From the IMG/VR virus record IMGVR_UViG_3300032220_001325, positions 1-55,018 of that record: a stretch of DNA of 55,018 bases. The stretch is one strand, 5' to 3'. How positions within the stretch are numbered: the stretch's first letter is position 1; each line of letters begins with the position of its first letter. Source of the DNA: a virus (taxonomy: Duplodnaviria > Caudoviricetes). The translations under genes were made by a program, and so were the position numbers. The notes beneath the pieces are model-generated. The model did no database searches, was not told where the DNA came from, and saw only the letters and a program-made list of their open reading frames with translations. Positions 29,511 to 38,249 of this stretch are shown here, in pieces.

Positions 29511-29582
29511 GGCTCTGTAGTTCAACGGATAGAATAAGTGACTACGGATCACTCGATACCCGTTCGAATCGGGTCAGAGCCT
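29511..29582 (+). tRNA. tRNA-Arg(ACG)
   Basis: AGTGA-CTACGGA-TCACT. Confidence 0.92.
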
Positions 29583-29588
29583 CTAAAA

Positions 29589-29659
29589 GGTCCCTTGGCC
29601 GAGCGGTTAGGCGGAGGTCTGCAAAACCTTCAACACTGGTTCAAATCCAGTAGGGACCT
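29589..29659 (+). tRNA. tRNA-Cys(GCA)
   Basis: GAGGT-CTGCAAA-ACCTT; U73. Confidence 0.93.
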
Positions 29660-29671
29660 CAAATTTAAAAT

Positions 29672-29741
29672 GGGCGCGATGCCGAAGGCAGGCCATCTCC
29701 CTTGCAAGGAGAATGATTGGGTTCGATTCCCACGTGGTCCA
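29672..29741 (+). tRNA. tRNA-Ala(TGC), atypical acceptor and D arm
   Basis: TCTCC-CTTGCAA-GGAGA; G3:U70-like pair; bulged acceptor stem. Confidence 0.7.
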
Positions 29742-29747
29742 CAATAC

Positions 29748-29833
29748 GGAAGGTTACTCAAGCTGGTGAAGAGGTCAGTTTGCTAAACTGATAGGATGTA
29801 AAAGTCGCGAGGGTTCGAGCCCCTCACCTTCCG
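29748..29833 (+). tRNA. tRNA-Ser(GCT)
   Basis: TCAGT-TTGCTAA-ACTGA, long variable arm. Confidence 0.92.
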
Positions 29834-29842
29834 CACTTAAAT

Positions 29843-29920
29843 TGGCAGTTAGCTCAGTTGGTTTAGAGCGCTGATCTGATACGTCAGAGGTCGTGGGTTC
29901 AAATCCCTCACTGCCAACCA
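29843..29920 (+). tRNA. tRNA-Ile(GAT)
   Basis: CTGAT-CTGATAC-GTCAG; encoded CCA. Confidence 0.9.
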
Positions 29921-29925
29921 AATAT

Positions 29926-30002
29926 AGTCTGTTAGCTCAGCTGGTTAGAGCATCTGCCTTACATGCAGAATGTCGGGGGTTCGAATCCCTCACAGACTAC
30001 CA
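29926..30002 (+). tRNA. tRNA-Val(TAC)
   Basis: TCTGC-CTTACAT-GCAGA; encoded CCA. Confidence 0.93.
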
Positions 30003-30083
30003 AGATTAGAAGCGGTGTAGAGAGTTACTTCACAAACTCTTAATTTGTCCAAAAACAAACTCTCTCTAATATTCTCTAATCTT
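30002..30083 (+). ncRNA. Handle RNA 10: lone Lys(CTT) anticodon stem-loop cargo
   Basis: AAGATTAGA-AGCGGT-GTAGAGAG-TTACTTC-ACAAA-CTCTTAA-TTTGT...CTCTCTC-TAATATTC-TCTAATCTT. Confidence 0.78.
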
Positions 30084-30087
30084 ACTC

Positions 30088-30162
30088 GGGGATATAGCTC
30101 AGCGGTAGAGCAAACGACTGTTAATCGTTCGGTCCTAGGTTCGAATCCTAGTATCCCCGCCA
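30088..30162 (+). tRNA. tRNA-Asn(GTT)
   Basis: AACGA-CTGTTAA-TCGTT; CCA. Confidence 0.95.
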
Positions 30163-30166
30163 AATT

Positions 30167-30255
30167 CGGAGTGTTGAGCAATTGGTGTGCTCGCCTGTCT
30201 GTAAAACAGGTCCCGTTGGGTAAACTTGGGGGTTCGAATCCCTCCACTCCGACCA
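30167..30255 (+). tRNA. tRNA-Tyr(GTA)
   Basis: CCTGT-CTGTAAA-ACAGG; long variable arm; CCA. Confidence 0.92.
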
Positions 30256-30257
30256 AT

Positions 30258-30333
30258 GCGGAAGTAGCTCAGTTGGTAGAGCATAACCTTGCCAAGGTTA
30301 GGGTCGCCGGTTCGAATCCGGTCTTCCGCTCCA
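30258..30333 (+). tRNA. tRNA-Gly(GCC)
   Basis: TAACC-TTGCCAA-GGTTA; CCA. Confidence 0.95.
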
Positions 30334-30336
30334 AAT

Positions 30337-30409
30337 GCGATAGTAGCTCAGTTGGTAGAGCACCGTCCTTCCAAGTCGGGGGTCGCAGGTTCGAATCCTG
30401 TCTATCGCT
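30337..30409 (+). tRNA. tRNA-Gly(TCC)
   Basis: Loop CTTCCAA; GCGATAG/CTATCGC acceptor. Confidence 0.93.
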
Positions 30410-30472
30410 CAGAGTGTGGAATAACATCGATCTCGTAATGCCACTGCTCGTGCACGAGTAACGGGATACCAT

Positions 30473-30545
30473 GGCGAGTTAGCTCATTTGGTAGAGCGTC
30501 AGAGTCATAACCTGAAGGTAGACAGTTCGATCCTGTCACTCGCTA
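30473..30545 (+). tRNA. tRNA-Met(CAT) elongator
   Basis: GGCGAGT/ACTCGCT acceptor; loop GTCATAA. Confidence 0.85.
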
Positions 30546-30555
30546 CTTTTTATAT

Positions 30556-30633
30556 GGTGGACGTAGCTTAGTTGGTTAAAGCGTCTGATTGTGGTTCAGA
30601 AGATCGCGAGTTCGAATCTCGTCGTTCACCCCA
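30556..30633 (+). tRNA. tRNA-His(GTG)
   Basis: G-1 and C73; TCTGA-TTGTGGT-TCAGA; CCA. Confidence 0.95.
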
Positions 30634-30634
30634 T

Positions 30635-30710
30635 GCCTTTGTAGCTCAACTGGTAGAGCACTTGATTTGTAATCAAGGGGTTGCAGGTTCGATTCCTGTC
30701 AAAGGCTCCA
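30635..30710 (+). tRNA. tRNA-Thr(TGT)
   Basis: CTTGA-TTTGTAA-TCAAG; CCA. Confidence 0.95.
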
Positions 30711-30713
30711 CAT

Positions 30714-30786
30714 TGTCCTGTGGTGTAATTGGCAACACGTCTGATTTTGGTTCAGAAGACTCCAGGTTCGATCCCTGGCGGGACAA
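30714..30786 (+). tRNA. tRNA-Gln(TTG)
   Basis: TCTGA-TTTTGGT-TCAGA. Confidence 0.95.
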
Positions 30787-30836
30787 CTAAATAGATAAAT
30801 AGTGAAACCAGTATGAAATAGAAAACTAAAAGTGTT

Positions 30837-31322
30837 ATGCAAGTTCTAGTATTAAATAACGACTACACTCCAGTTAGTGTGACCGACATGGTTCGGGGGT
30901 TTAAACTTGTATTTAAGGGTAAAGCAGAAATAGTAGAACATGTGGAGGAAAACCCAATTGTAACAGATCAAAAAACTTACAAAAGACCTTCAGTTATTCG
31001 ACTACTAAAGTATGTTGTTTTGCCTTTTAAGAAGCTTAAACCCTCAAGAGATAATATCTTCAGGAGAGATGGATTTGAGTGCTTATATTGTCCTTCTAAA
31101 AAGGATTTGACAATAGATCACATATATCCAAGATCTAGAGGTGGTGATAATTCTTGGGAAAATCTTGGAACTTGTTGTACAAAATGTAACGGTAAGAAAG
31201 GAGATAGAACTCCTGAAGAAGCAGGTATGAAACTTAGACATCGTCCATTCAAGCCTGGTTACACATACTTCATGAAGAATTTTGCTAAGGTTCATGATCA
31301 ATGGACAGTTTATCTGGAATAA
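30837..31322 (+). CDS. HNH endonuclease
   Basis: VLVLN N-terminus, RDGFECLYC, LTIDHIYPRSRGG, CTKCNGKK. Confidence 0.88.
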   Translation: MQVLVLNNDYTPVSVTDMVRGFKLVFKGKAEIVEHVEENPIVTDQKTYKRPSVIRLLKYVVLPFKKLKPSRDNIFRRDGFECLYCPSKKDLTIDHIYPRSRGGDNSWENLGTCCTKCNGKKGDRTPEEAGMKLRHRPFKPGYTYFMKNFAKVHDQWTVYLE

Positions 31323-31442
31323 TAGGCTATAGGAATTTCCTTGTATAATTTTATCAACGGAAATTCCTATATTTTTAATTTATATCTTAATAAAACGGGA
31401 AATCTTTTTGTAGGTCATACTAAAATAAGTAAAACCTCCAGA

Positions 31443-32507
31443 ATGCTTTTTGACTTTGATGATATTCTGATCGAACCTGAGTTGCATACCAGTATCAGAA
31501 GTAGAAAAAACGTCGATATTTCCGACGAAAAACATATGCTCCCCTTATTCACCGCACCAATGGACACTGTAGTTGGTGAAGAGAATTATTCTAAATTCAA
31601 TGAACATGGGATTTATGCTATGATCCCAAGAAAAAATGTAACAGAATCTTTCCATTACTCAACAGATTATAAGGTATGGTATTCTTACGGGTTGGACGAG
31701 TTCAAGAAAATGTTTATTGATAATCCAATTGAATTACATCCACAGGATAAACTTTACGCCTTAATCGATATTGCTAATGGCCACATGAGATTAGTAAAGG
31801 ACCTAGTCGAGGAATCTAAATCAATATACGGAAGACAATTAGTTCTCATGGTAGGTAATTGTGCAAATCCTTTAACATACCTTTCTCTTGCTCAATCTGG
31901 TGCAGATTATGTAAGAATGGGCATTGGTAATGGAGCTGGATGTTTAACTACAGTTCAAACTGGTGTTGGATATCCAATGGCTTCTCTAATTCATGAAACT
32001 GCAAAGATCCAAAAAGAAAGAAATCTTGCTGCAAAGATCGTTGCTGATGGCGGGTTTAAAAAATATTCGGATGTAATTAAAGCTCTCGCTTTAGGAGCAG
32101 ACTATGTTATGCTTGGTAGCATTTTTAATAAGGCATTAGAAAGCTGCGGAGAAACATACGAAGAAAATAAGAAGTATGATTCCTGGACAGAACCAGGAGA
32201 GATGATTGATCAATACAGTGAATATACGAAAAATCAGTTTTTATCAGGGAAGAAATTCTTTAAGAAGTTTAGAGGTATGTCAACTAAGGATGTACAAAAA
32301 AGCTTAGGAAAAACAGATTTAAAAACATCTGAGGGTATTAGTAGAATGCAAAATGTTGAATATACTCTAGAGGGATGGACACAAAATTTTAGTGACTATT
32401 TAAAGTCTGCTATGAGTTACACAGACTGCCTAAATTTAGGTGAATTTATTGGTAAAGTGAGATTCAATAAAATTTCAAAAAATTCTTTCGATAGATTTCA
32501 CAAATAA
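31443..32507 (+). CDS. IMP dehydrogenase / GMP reductase family protein
   Basis: FDFDDILIEP, TAPMDTV, IDIANGH, GIGNGAGCLT, ADGG, ALALGADYVMLG, FRGMS; likely start at ATG 31443. Confidence 0.85.
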   Translation: MLFDFDDILIEPELHTSIRSRKNVDISDEKHMLPLFTAPMDTVVGEENYSKFNEHGIYAMIPRKNVTESFHYSTDYKVWYSYGLDEFKKMFIDNPIELHPQDKLYALIDIANGHMRLVKDLVEESKSIYGRQLVLMVGNCANPLTYLSLAQSGADYVRMGIGNGAGCLTTVQTGVGYPMASLIHETAKIQKERNLAAKIVADGGFKKYSDVIKALALGADYVMLGSIFNKALESCGETYEENKKYDSWTEPGEMIDQYSEYTKNQFLSGKKFFKKFRGMSTKDVQKSLGKTDLKTSEGISRMQNVEYTLEGWTQNFSDYLKSAMSYTDCLNLGEFIGKVRFNKISKNSFDRFHK

Positions 32508-32552
32508 GAAACTAGATAGAAAAAACTAGTATAAAGATCATTAAATCCCTTT

Positions 32553-33356
32553 ATGAAAAAGTTTGGAAACTTTAAAGATGTTATCAATTGGACGTCTCAG
32601 CAGATGTATGACCTTTCTTATGTTGTTCATACAGAAAGATGGCAAGGCAAAGATATTAAAAGCGATCCTAAGTATTCTATGATAGAAATACTTAATCATT
32701 CATTTACGTGTCAAATAAATGCGGATTTAGAGGGTTTAAAAGATCAAATAAAGCCTAATGTAGCATGGGCTGATGAACATTTCGAGGAAAGAGTTAGCGG
32801 TTTACCTTTAAATCCACCACCTTCACATGAGAGATGGCCTTATGCTCAGAAGAATAATGCTGAATTTGGTGGGTTAGAAAAATTCTCACACACTTATCCA
32901 GAAAGAATCTGGCCTAAATACAGAGATGTATCACAGGATGGAACTGTTATGGACGAGGAAGTTGTGAAGGGATTCAGATACGACTATGGGGATTTCAATG
33001 ATGTAGTGGGATTAATGGCTAGAGAGCCTTTCACTAGACAGGCATTTCTTCCTATATGGTTTCCAGAAGATACAGGATCAGTTCACGGAGAAAGAGTTCC
33101 TTGCACAATAGGATATCATTTTATAAGAAGAGCTGATTGGGTACATGTCATTTATTATATCAGATCATGCGATTTCTTTAGACATTTTAGAGACGACATT
33201 TACCTTTGTGCTAGAAAATTATTCTGGGTAATTGATCGTCTAAAAGAGATTGATCCTGAAAACTGGGAAAATGTAAAACCCGGCACTCTCACTATGCACA
33301 TAACATCTCTTCATGCTTGGGCTAGCGAAAAGCCTTTGTTATTAAAAAAACAATAA
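32553..33356 (+). CDS. Thymidylate synthase-family enzyme, probably a dCMP (hydroxy)methylase
   Basis: TRQA, RVPCT catalytic Cys, RSCDFFRHFRDDI, SLHAW. Confidence 0.75.
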   Translation: MKKFGNFKDVINWTSQQMYDLSYVVHTERWQGKDIKSDPKYSMIEILNHSFTCQINADLEGLKDQIKPNVAWADEHFEERVSGLPLNPPPSHERWPYAQKNNAEFGGLEKFSHTYPERIWPKYRDVSQDGTVMDEEVVKGFRYDYGDFNDVVGLMAREPFTRQAFLPIWFPEDTGSVHGERVPCTIGYHFIRRADWVHVIYYIRSCDFFRHFRDDIYLCARKLFWVIDRLKEIDPENWENVKPGTLTMHITSLHAWASEKPLLLKKQ

Positions 33357-33372
33357 GGATATATAATGGATC

Positions 33373-34176
33373 ATGATCCATTTAAAAGATTTCAATAGTT
33401 TTTTTGTATTAACTGAAAGCATATCGGTAGAAAAGATTATTCCTGATTCTTACGAGAAAGAAACAGTTGTGTCTCTTCCTTATATCAATTTAATAGAAGA
33501 TAACAGACAACCTTTTCTAAAAAAACTAGTAAGGGTTTCTAAGGACCTTGGTATAGAACCAATCTGGCTTTTGCATGTGATCTTTAATGAAAGTAAATTT
33601 GATACGAAGAAAAAAGACAACTTAACAAAAGGTGTTGGGCTTCTTTCTTTTTTACCCCAAGTCATTTCTAATTTCGTAAATTTAGAAACTGGTAAAAATT
33701 ATACGCCAAATGAGGTTCTCCAGATGTCCAACACGGAACAATTGGATCTAATTAAGGCATTTTACAAATCTTGGTTTGAAAAAATGAAATTAAATAGACC
33801 AATAATTCCTGGTGACTTTGCATCATTAACTTTCTATCCAGATGTTATAAAAAAAGATTGGGATTGGGAATTTCCTTCATATGTTATAGAAAAAAATCCA
33901 GATCTATTTAAGAGCTTTGCAACTGAGGGAAAAACTAAAAAAGACTATTATAATTATATAGAGAAAATACTCAATTCTAAAAATGAGTACAAGGACGCTA
34001 ATAGTAACCTTCTCGGTAACTTTAGTGGTGCAATAGCAGATCCTTCTACATACGGAATGAAAAAGCCATTGGAGTTTTATAAAGACCTCTTAATGACTAT
34101 AGAAGATCCTTCGTTAAATCAAAAACTTGAGGATGAAGCCTTTAAAGAAACAGAAAAAAACAAACAAATAGGATAA
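33373..34176 (+). CDS. Lysozyme-like (SLT-type) domain protein with capsid-targeting-like N-terminus
   Basis: LGIEPIWLLHVIFNES...GVGLLSFLP resembles the SLT ES and GLMQ motifs; start MIHLKDFNSF. Confidence 0.55.
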   Translation: MIHLKDFNSFFVLTESISVEKIIPDSYEKETVVSLPYINLIEDNRQPFLKKLVRVSKDLGIEPIWLLHVIFNESKFDTKKKDNLTKGVGLLSFLPQVISNFVNLETGKNYTPNEVLQMSNTEQLDLIKAFYKSWFEKMKLNRPIIPGDFASLTFYPDVIKKDWDWEFPSYVIEKNPDLFKSFATEGKTKKDYYNYIEKILNSKNEYKDANSNLLGNFSGAIADPSTYGMKKPLEFYKDLLMTIEDPSLNQKLEDEAFKETEKNKQIG

Positions 34177-34188
34177 ATAAGATAAAAA

Positions 34189-34518
34189 ATGATGAAATCA
34201 ATAATTAATTTTTTCAGAAATCTTTTCAGTGTTACACCTGAAGAGCAAGTAAAAATGGAAGAGTGTAATTGTGAAGAGTGCACTTGTCCAGAAACAAAAA
34301 CATACACTCCTGAACCGGAGGTAAAAGAGGAAGCAGAACAGGTAATTGTTGAAGCTCCTTTAGAACCTACAGCAGAGACAGTAGTTAAAGAAGAATTAGT
34401 ACAAGAGCCCGTAGTAAAAAAAGAAAAATCTCCTAAGAAGTACTACAAGAAAAAAGGAGCTCAAAAGAAAAAGGAAGCGGATTCTAAAAAGAACAACAAA
34501 AAGGACAAAGATGCTTAA
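34189..34518 (+). CDS. Hypothetical protein
   Basis: 109 aa; Cys cluster, acidic then Lys-rich. Confidence 0.65.
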   Translation: MMKSIINFFRNLFSVTPEEQVKMEECNCEECTCPETKTYTPEPEVKEEAEQVIVEAPLEPTAETVVKEELVQEPVVKKEKSPKKYYKKKGAQKKKEADSKKNNKKDKDA

Positions 34519-34801
34519 TCACCTTTCTCCGTATTCAGAATTTCTTAATGAAAACGATCTTTCCTATTCAGGTGGAGACGTTACTAAGATGCCAATAATA
34601 GGAAGGGTAACTACTAATCCAATAGGTCCTTTTGATGAAGCAACTTACGATGTAGTAGAGATAATTAGGGATCAAAAAGGAAATCCTGTATATGTTTGTA
34701 ATTTCTGGTATAAGGATTACAAAAGAATCCCACAACTAATACATTCCGCTTTAGTAAAAAGCTATATTCCAAATGAAAATTTGGAAACTTTCGAAGACTA
34801 A
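34511..34801 (+). CDS. Hypothetical protein with capsid-targeting-like N-terminus
   Basis: MLNHLSPYSEFLNE start. Confidence 0.7.
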   Translation: MLNHLSPYSEFLNENDLSYSGGDVTKMPIIGRVTTNPIGPFDEATYDVVEIIRDQKGNPVYVCNFWYKDYKRIPQLIHSALVKSYIPNENLETFED

Positions 34802-34905
34802 GTTATATAATAACAGAACTAGAGGTTTCTAGTAACTTCCCGGTCAACAAACCGTAGAGCTTTCAGAAATGGACGCAAAGGAAGGGACACAAAAAACAAA
34901 CTTTT

Positions 34906-35736
34906 ATGTACGTAACAACGTCAAACACTGGCGGGTATGGCTCATGTACCGCCCACATCACAACAAACCGTAACAGAGCTAAAATCTACGGTAACGCAGT
35001 TTATCTAAAGGATAAACAAAAATTCGAGATTGAGCTATTCAATCCAAACACAATCAACTATCTTGCTAAGATCAGTATCAACGGAAAATCAATTTCCAAT
35101 TCAGGTATTGTTCTTAAACCTGGTCAAAGGGTTTACCTTGAAAGATTCATTGATTCAAACAACAAATTTGTTTTTGAAACATATGAAATTGAAAAAAGTA
35201 ATGAAGCTCTTGCCGCTGTAGTTGATAATGGATTGGTTGAAATTAGCTTCTATCCTGAACAAACAACCGCAGGATATTTTACAACTTATCCTAGCTACAC
35301 CACTGGGACTTATTTTACTAATACTCCAGGAACTTATTTTACCTGCACTTCAGGAAACATAGGATCTCTTGGAATAAGTGGAAGTATGGGTCCATCTGGA
35401 ATTTCTGGAAATACCTCTAATATTTCTTATGGAGGTACGACAGTGAATAATGTTAGCTGCTTTACATCATCATTTGTAAGCGATTCAGCAACTAAAAGCT
35501 TAAATGAGGGTATTGAAACAGGAAAGGTAGAAAAAGGAGAAAGCAGTAGTCAGAATTTAACACAGACTAATGGAAGCTATGGTTCATTCCCTACTAATTC
35601 TATTTCATATAGATTAACTCCAGAATCTCAAAAACCTGTAGAGGTAGAAAAGCTCAGAAACTATTGCACAGGATGTGGAAACAGAATTAAGAAAGATACT
35701 TGGAAATTCTGTCCAAACTGCGGTGAAAAATTCTAA
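34906..35736 (+). CDS. Hypothetical protein with C-terminal zinc ribbon
   Basis: YCTGCG...FCPNCG. Confidence 0.75.
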   Translation: MYVTTSNTGGYGSCTAHITTNRNRAKIYGNAVYLKDKQKFEIELFNPNTINYLAKISINGKSISNSGIVLKPGQRVYLERFIDSNNKFVFETYEIEKSNEALAAVVDNGLVEISFYPEQTTAGYFTTYPSYTTGTYFTNTPGTYFTCTSGNIGSLGISGSMGPSGISGNTSNISYGGTTVNNVSCFTSSFVSDSATKSLNEGIETGKVEKGESSSQNLTQTNGSYGSFPTNSISYRLTPESQKPVEVEKLRNYCTGCGNRIKKDTWKFCPNCGEKF

Positions 35737-35748
35737 ATCTTGCTACAC

Positions 35749-35775
35749 AAAAAACCCAGGAGAAATCCTGGGTTT
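35749..35775. terminator. Terminator between convergent genes
   Basis: AAAAAACCCAGGA-GAAA-TCCTGGGTTT. Confidence 0.75.
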
Positions 35776-35782
35776 GTAGTTT

Positions 35783-36556
35783 TTATAGATATTGACCCCA
35801 ATCTTGGCCCATTTCAGCCTGTGAGATCTCCATATCAGTATATGGTCTAATATTTTGTAAAGGAACTCCTTGATAAGCCATATATGAGTCTTTTGGAACT
35901 GGTATCTGATATCCTCCAGATTGTCCGGGTATTCCCATATTAGCAGGGATTGGTTGATCCTTAGATCCAAATAACCAATCTGTTACCTTAACGCCTTGTT
36001 TTAAATTTCTAGCTTCTTTCTTTAAAGCTTTAATTTTAGAAGAATTTTTAGATAGTGTCTCTAATTCTTTGCCTCCCGAAACTACAAATCTTTTTAACGA
36101 GCTTATCATTTTTCCAATGAATGGAGATATACCAGAAAATTTTGATAAAAATTTAGAGCTTTTAAAGAATCCAACGATCTTAGGAAAAAATTTAGCAATT
36201 GCTTCTATTAGTGGTTTAATTATACCTTTACCTAAGTTTAGCCCTTTACCTAATCCTTTTACTAATAAAGTTCCTCCTGCTCCAATGTATTGACCGAAGA
36301 TTGGAATAACTCCTATAGCACAAAGTGCAGCTAAAAGATATTCTCCTTGTTTAGCATATGATACGAGATTTATCCCCTCTGCAATAGATCCAACGCCAGG
36401 TATTAATGCAGCAAAATCGAGTAAAGTATTATACCAAGCTTCTAATACAGCAGGATCTTCTGAATTCAAATATTCCAGAGATTCTTTTATCTGTTGTGGT
36501 CCGAATGTCATTTTCTGTTCTAAAAGAAAATTCTCTATAGATAAAAGATTATTCAT
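35783..36556 (-). CDS. Protein with pre-toxin TG-like helical segment and capsid-targeting-like N-terminus
   Basis: LDFAALIPGVGSIAEGIN...GEYLLAALCAIGVIPIFG; start MNNLLSIENFLLE. Confidence 0.6.
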   Translation of the reverse strand: MNNLLSIENFLLEQKMTFGPQQIKESLEYLNSEDPAVLEAWYNTLLDFAALIPGVGSIAEGINLVSYAKQGEYLLAALCAIGVIPIFGQYIGAGGTLLVKGLGKGLNLGKGIIKPLIEAIAKFFPKIVGFFKSSKFLSKFSGISPFIGKMISSLKRFVVSGGKELETLSKNSSKIKALKKEARNLKQGVKVTDWLFGSKDQPIPANMGIPGQSGGYQIPVPKDSYMAYQGVPLQNIRPYTDMEISQAEMGQDWGQYL

Positions 36557-36624
36557 TTTGTTTTTTCTTTTATATATCCTACGGTTATTATGGAAATTTT
36601 TTGATTTTATTGAGTATTACTTAT

Positions 36625-36978
36625 ATGCTATACAGATCTAAAAAAATATACATAGAAGAATCACCTATCCACGGTAGAGGTATTTTTGCTTCAGATTTTA
36701 TAAAAGCAGGAGAAATCCTGGAAGAATGCCACTTTATAAAAATCCCAGTAGACCACTATATAAAAGAATTACACGATTATTTCTTTGCGTGGCCAAAAAA
36801 TACTGAAGAGAGCTATGCTATGGTTTTAGGTTATGGTAGCATATTTAATCACTCTGATTATAATAATGCCTCTTGGGAAACTGATCCCTCTAATTACAAA
36901 TTTATATTTTTCGCTACTAGAGATATTCAGCCAGGAGAGGAAATATGTACGAACTACGAAAAACAAATTGATTTTTAA
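36625..36978 (+). CDS. SET-domain methyltransferase
   Basis: SPIHGRGIFA, FNHS, RDIQPGEEICTNY; likely start at ATG 36625. Confidence 0.88.
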   Translation: MLYRSKKIYIEESPIHGRGIFASDFIKAGEILEECHFIKIPVDHYIKELHDYFFAWPKNTEESYAMVLGYGSIFNHSDYNNASWETDPSNYKFIFFATRDIQPGEEICTNYEKQIDF

Positions 36979-37056
36979 ATGAAAAAAAGAGTGAAAAGAT
37001 TTTTTTTACCAAATAGATTATTCTACATTTGTACCATCAATAAAAAACAAATAGAT

Positions 37057-37305
37057 ATGGAAAATACAGATTTGGATCAATTAACAAAAACTCTAGACGA
37101 GCTTTACGATCAACAATCAAGAAAGTTATATGCCCATATCATGGAAATGGGATTAGATGCTTTTCATAAAGATAGTGCACTTTATAAATACAAAGACACT
37201 GATCTCTTGGAAAAACTAATCTCATATTTCGAATCAATTGAGGAATACGAAAAATGCAGCGATCTCCAAAAAGTTACTTGGTTGCTTAACGGAATTGCTG
37301 ATTAA
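37057..37305 (+). CDS. Hypothetical protein (YFExxEEYEKC motif)
   Basis: Likely start at ATG 37057, downstream of TACATTTG box at 37024. Confidence 0.65.
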   Translation: MENTDLDQLTKTLDELYDQQSRKLYAHIMEMGLDAFHKDSALYKYKDTDLLEKLISYFESIEEYEKCSDLQKVTWLLNGIAD

Positions 37306-37346
37306 AAAAAGGGAAACTTTTCCAATTTCTCGTATATAATAACTAT

Positions 37347-37619
37347 ATGAGAAGTAAAAAAAGATATCTAAAAAAATCTGCTGATGGCAGATTTTTTTTG
37401 TATATCGAGAATCCTACTTATAGTCCGATAGACTTAGACAAAAAAACAAGTCTTTGGATTTCTTCAGAGTACCTAATACGAGAGTCAATTAAAGAGGATC
37501 CAGCATCTACCCTAGATCAAATAGAGAAAATGATAGATTGGAACAGAAAAAATGAAAGATATGAGATGTGTTCCAGACTGATAGATTTGAAGAAGAAATA
37601 TTTTTCAGTGAGTACCTGA
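37347..37619 (+). CDS. Hypothetical protein (ERYEMC motif)
   Basis: 90 aa; C-terminal motif similar to preceding ORF. Confidence 0.6.
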   Translation: MRSKKRYLKKSADGRFFLYIENPTYSPIDLDKKTSLWISSEYLIRESIKEDPASTLDQIEKMIDWNRKNERYEMCSRLIDLKKKYFSVST

Positions 37620-37661
37620 AAATCAAAAGATTACGGATACATACACAAAAAATAAGATCAA

Positions 37662-37844
37662 ATGAAAAAAGTTATCTTGGCAATTGCAATTATTTCTTTA
37701 ATTTATTCTTGTACACCAGCTGTTAAGGAAGGTGAGGGTATGAAAAGTATCGATTCCCTTGCATTATCAGTAGACACCTTAGCTCCTTGCGCTGACACAG
37801 TTAAATGTGACACAGTTTGTACAGACACAACATTAAAAAAATAA
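37662..37844 (+). CDS. Small lipoprotein
   Basis: MKKVILAIAIISLIYSC signal peptide ending in lipobox-like Cys. Confidence 0.7.
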   Translation: MKKVILAIAIISLIYSCTPAVKEGEGMKSIDSLALSVDTLAPCADTVKCDTVCTDTTLKK

Positions 37845-37861
37845 GCTTGCAATAAAGCTTT

Positions 37862-37889
37862 AAAAAAAGAGCCTAAGGGCTCTTTTTTT
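37862..37889 (+). terminator. Intrinsic terminator
   Basis: AAAAAAAGAGCC-TAAG-GGCTCTTTTTTT. Confidence 0.8.
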
Positions 37890-37934
37890 GTGGACCTAAA
37901 TCAAAAATACGACTATAATAATTAAAAGGGAAAA

Positions 37935-38240
37935 ATGATACATTATTTCAGAGATGAAAATTTAGTAGCAGGAAGGCTTCTTTCATATTCCAAATCTTCT
38001 TACAGAGAGAAAAATCCAGACAATGAGGTGTATTTTAATGCAAATATCTTTGTTCTTGGCGAAGGAAAAGTTTGGTACGGAGACATAGACGTAACAAAAG
38101 ATATAGAAAAATTGGAAAGAATTGCTAGGGCTTCAGGTAATGATCTTTTCATCCTAAGAGAATTGGATGGAAGATTCGAAAACGAAGATTTAAAAGACTC
38201 TGAAATTATTACCCGATCAGTATGTAAAATAACTAAATAA
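37935..38240 (+). CDS. Hypothetical protein
   Basis: 101 aa ORF. Confidence 0.65.
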   Translation: MIHYFRDENLVAGRLLSYSKSSYREKNPDNEVYFNANIFVLGEGKVWYGDIDVTKDIEKLERIARASGNDLFILRELDGRFENEDLKDSEIITRSVCKITK

Positions 38241-38249
38241 GAAAAAAAT

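Noticed and set aside
30414-30468. Theta/HDV-like ribozyme call
   Set aside because: P3/L3 and the catalytic J4/2 segment are not identifiable; kept only as an unclassified structure.
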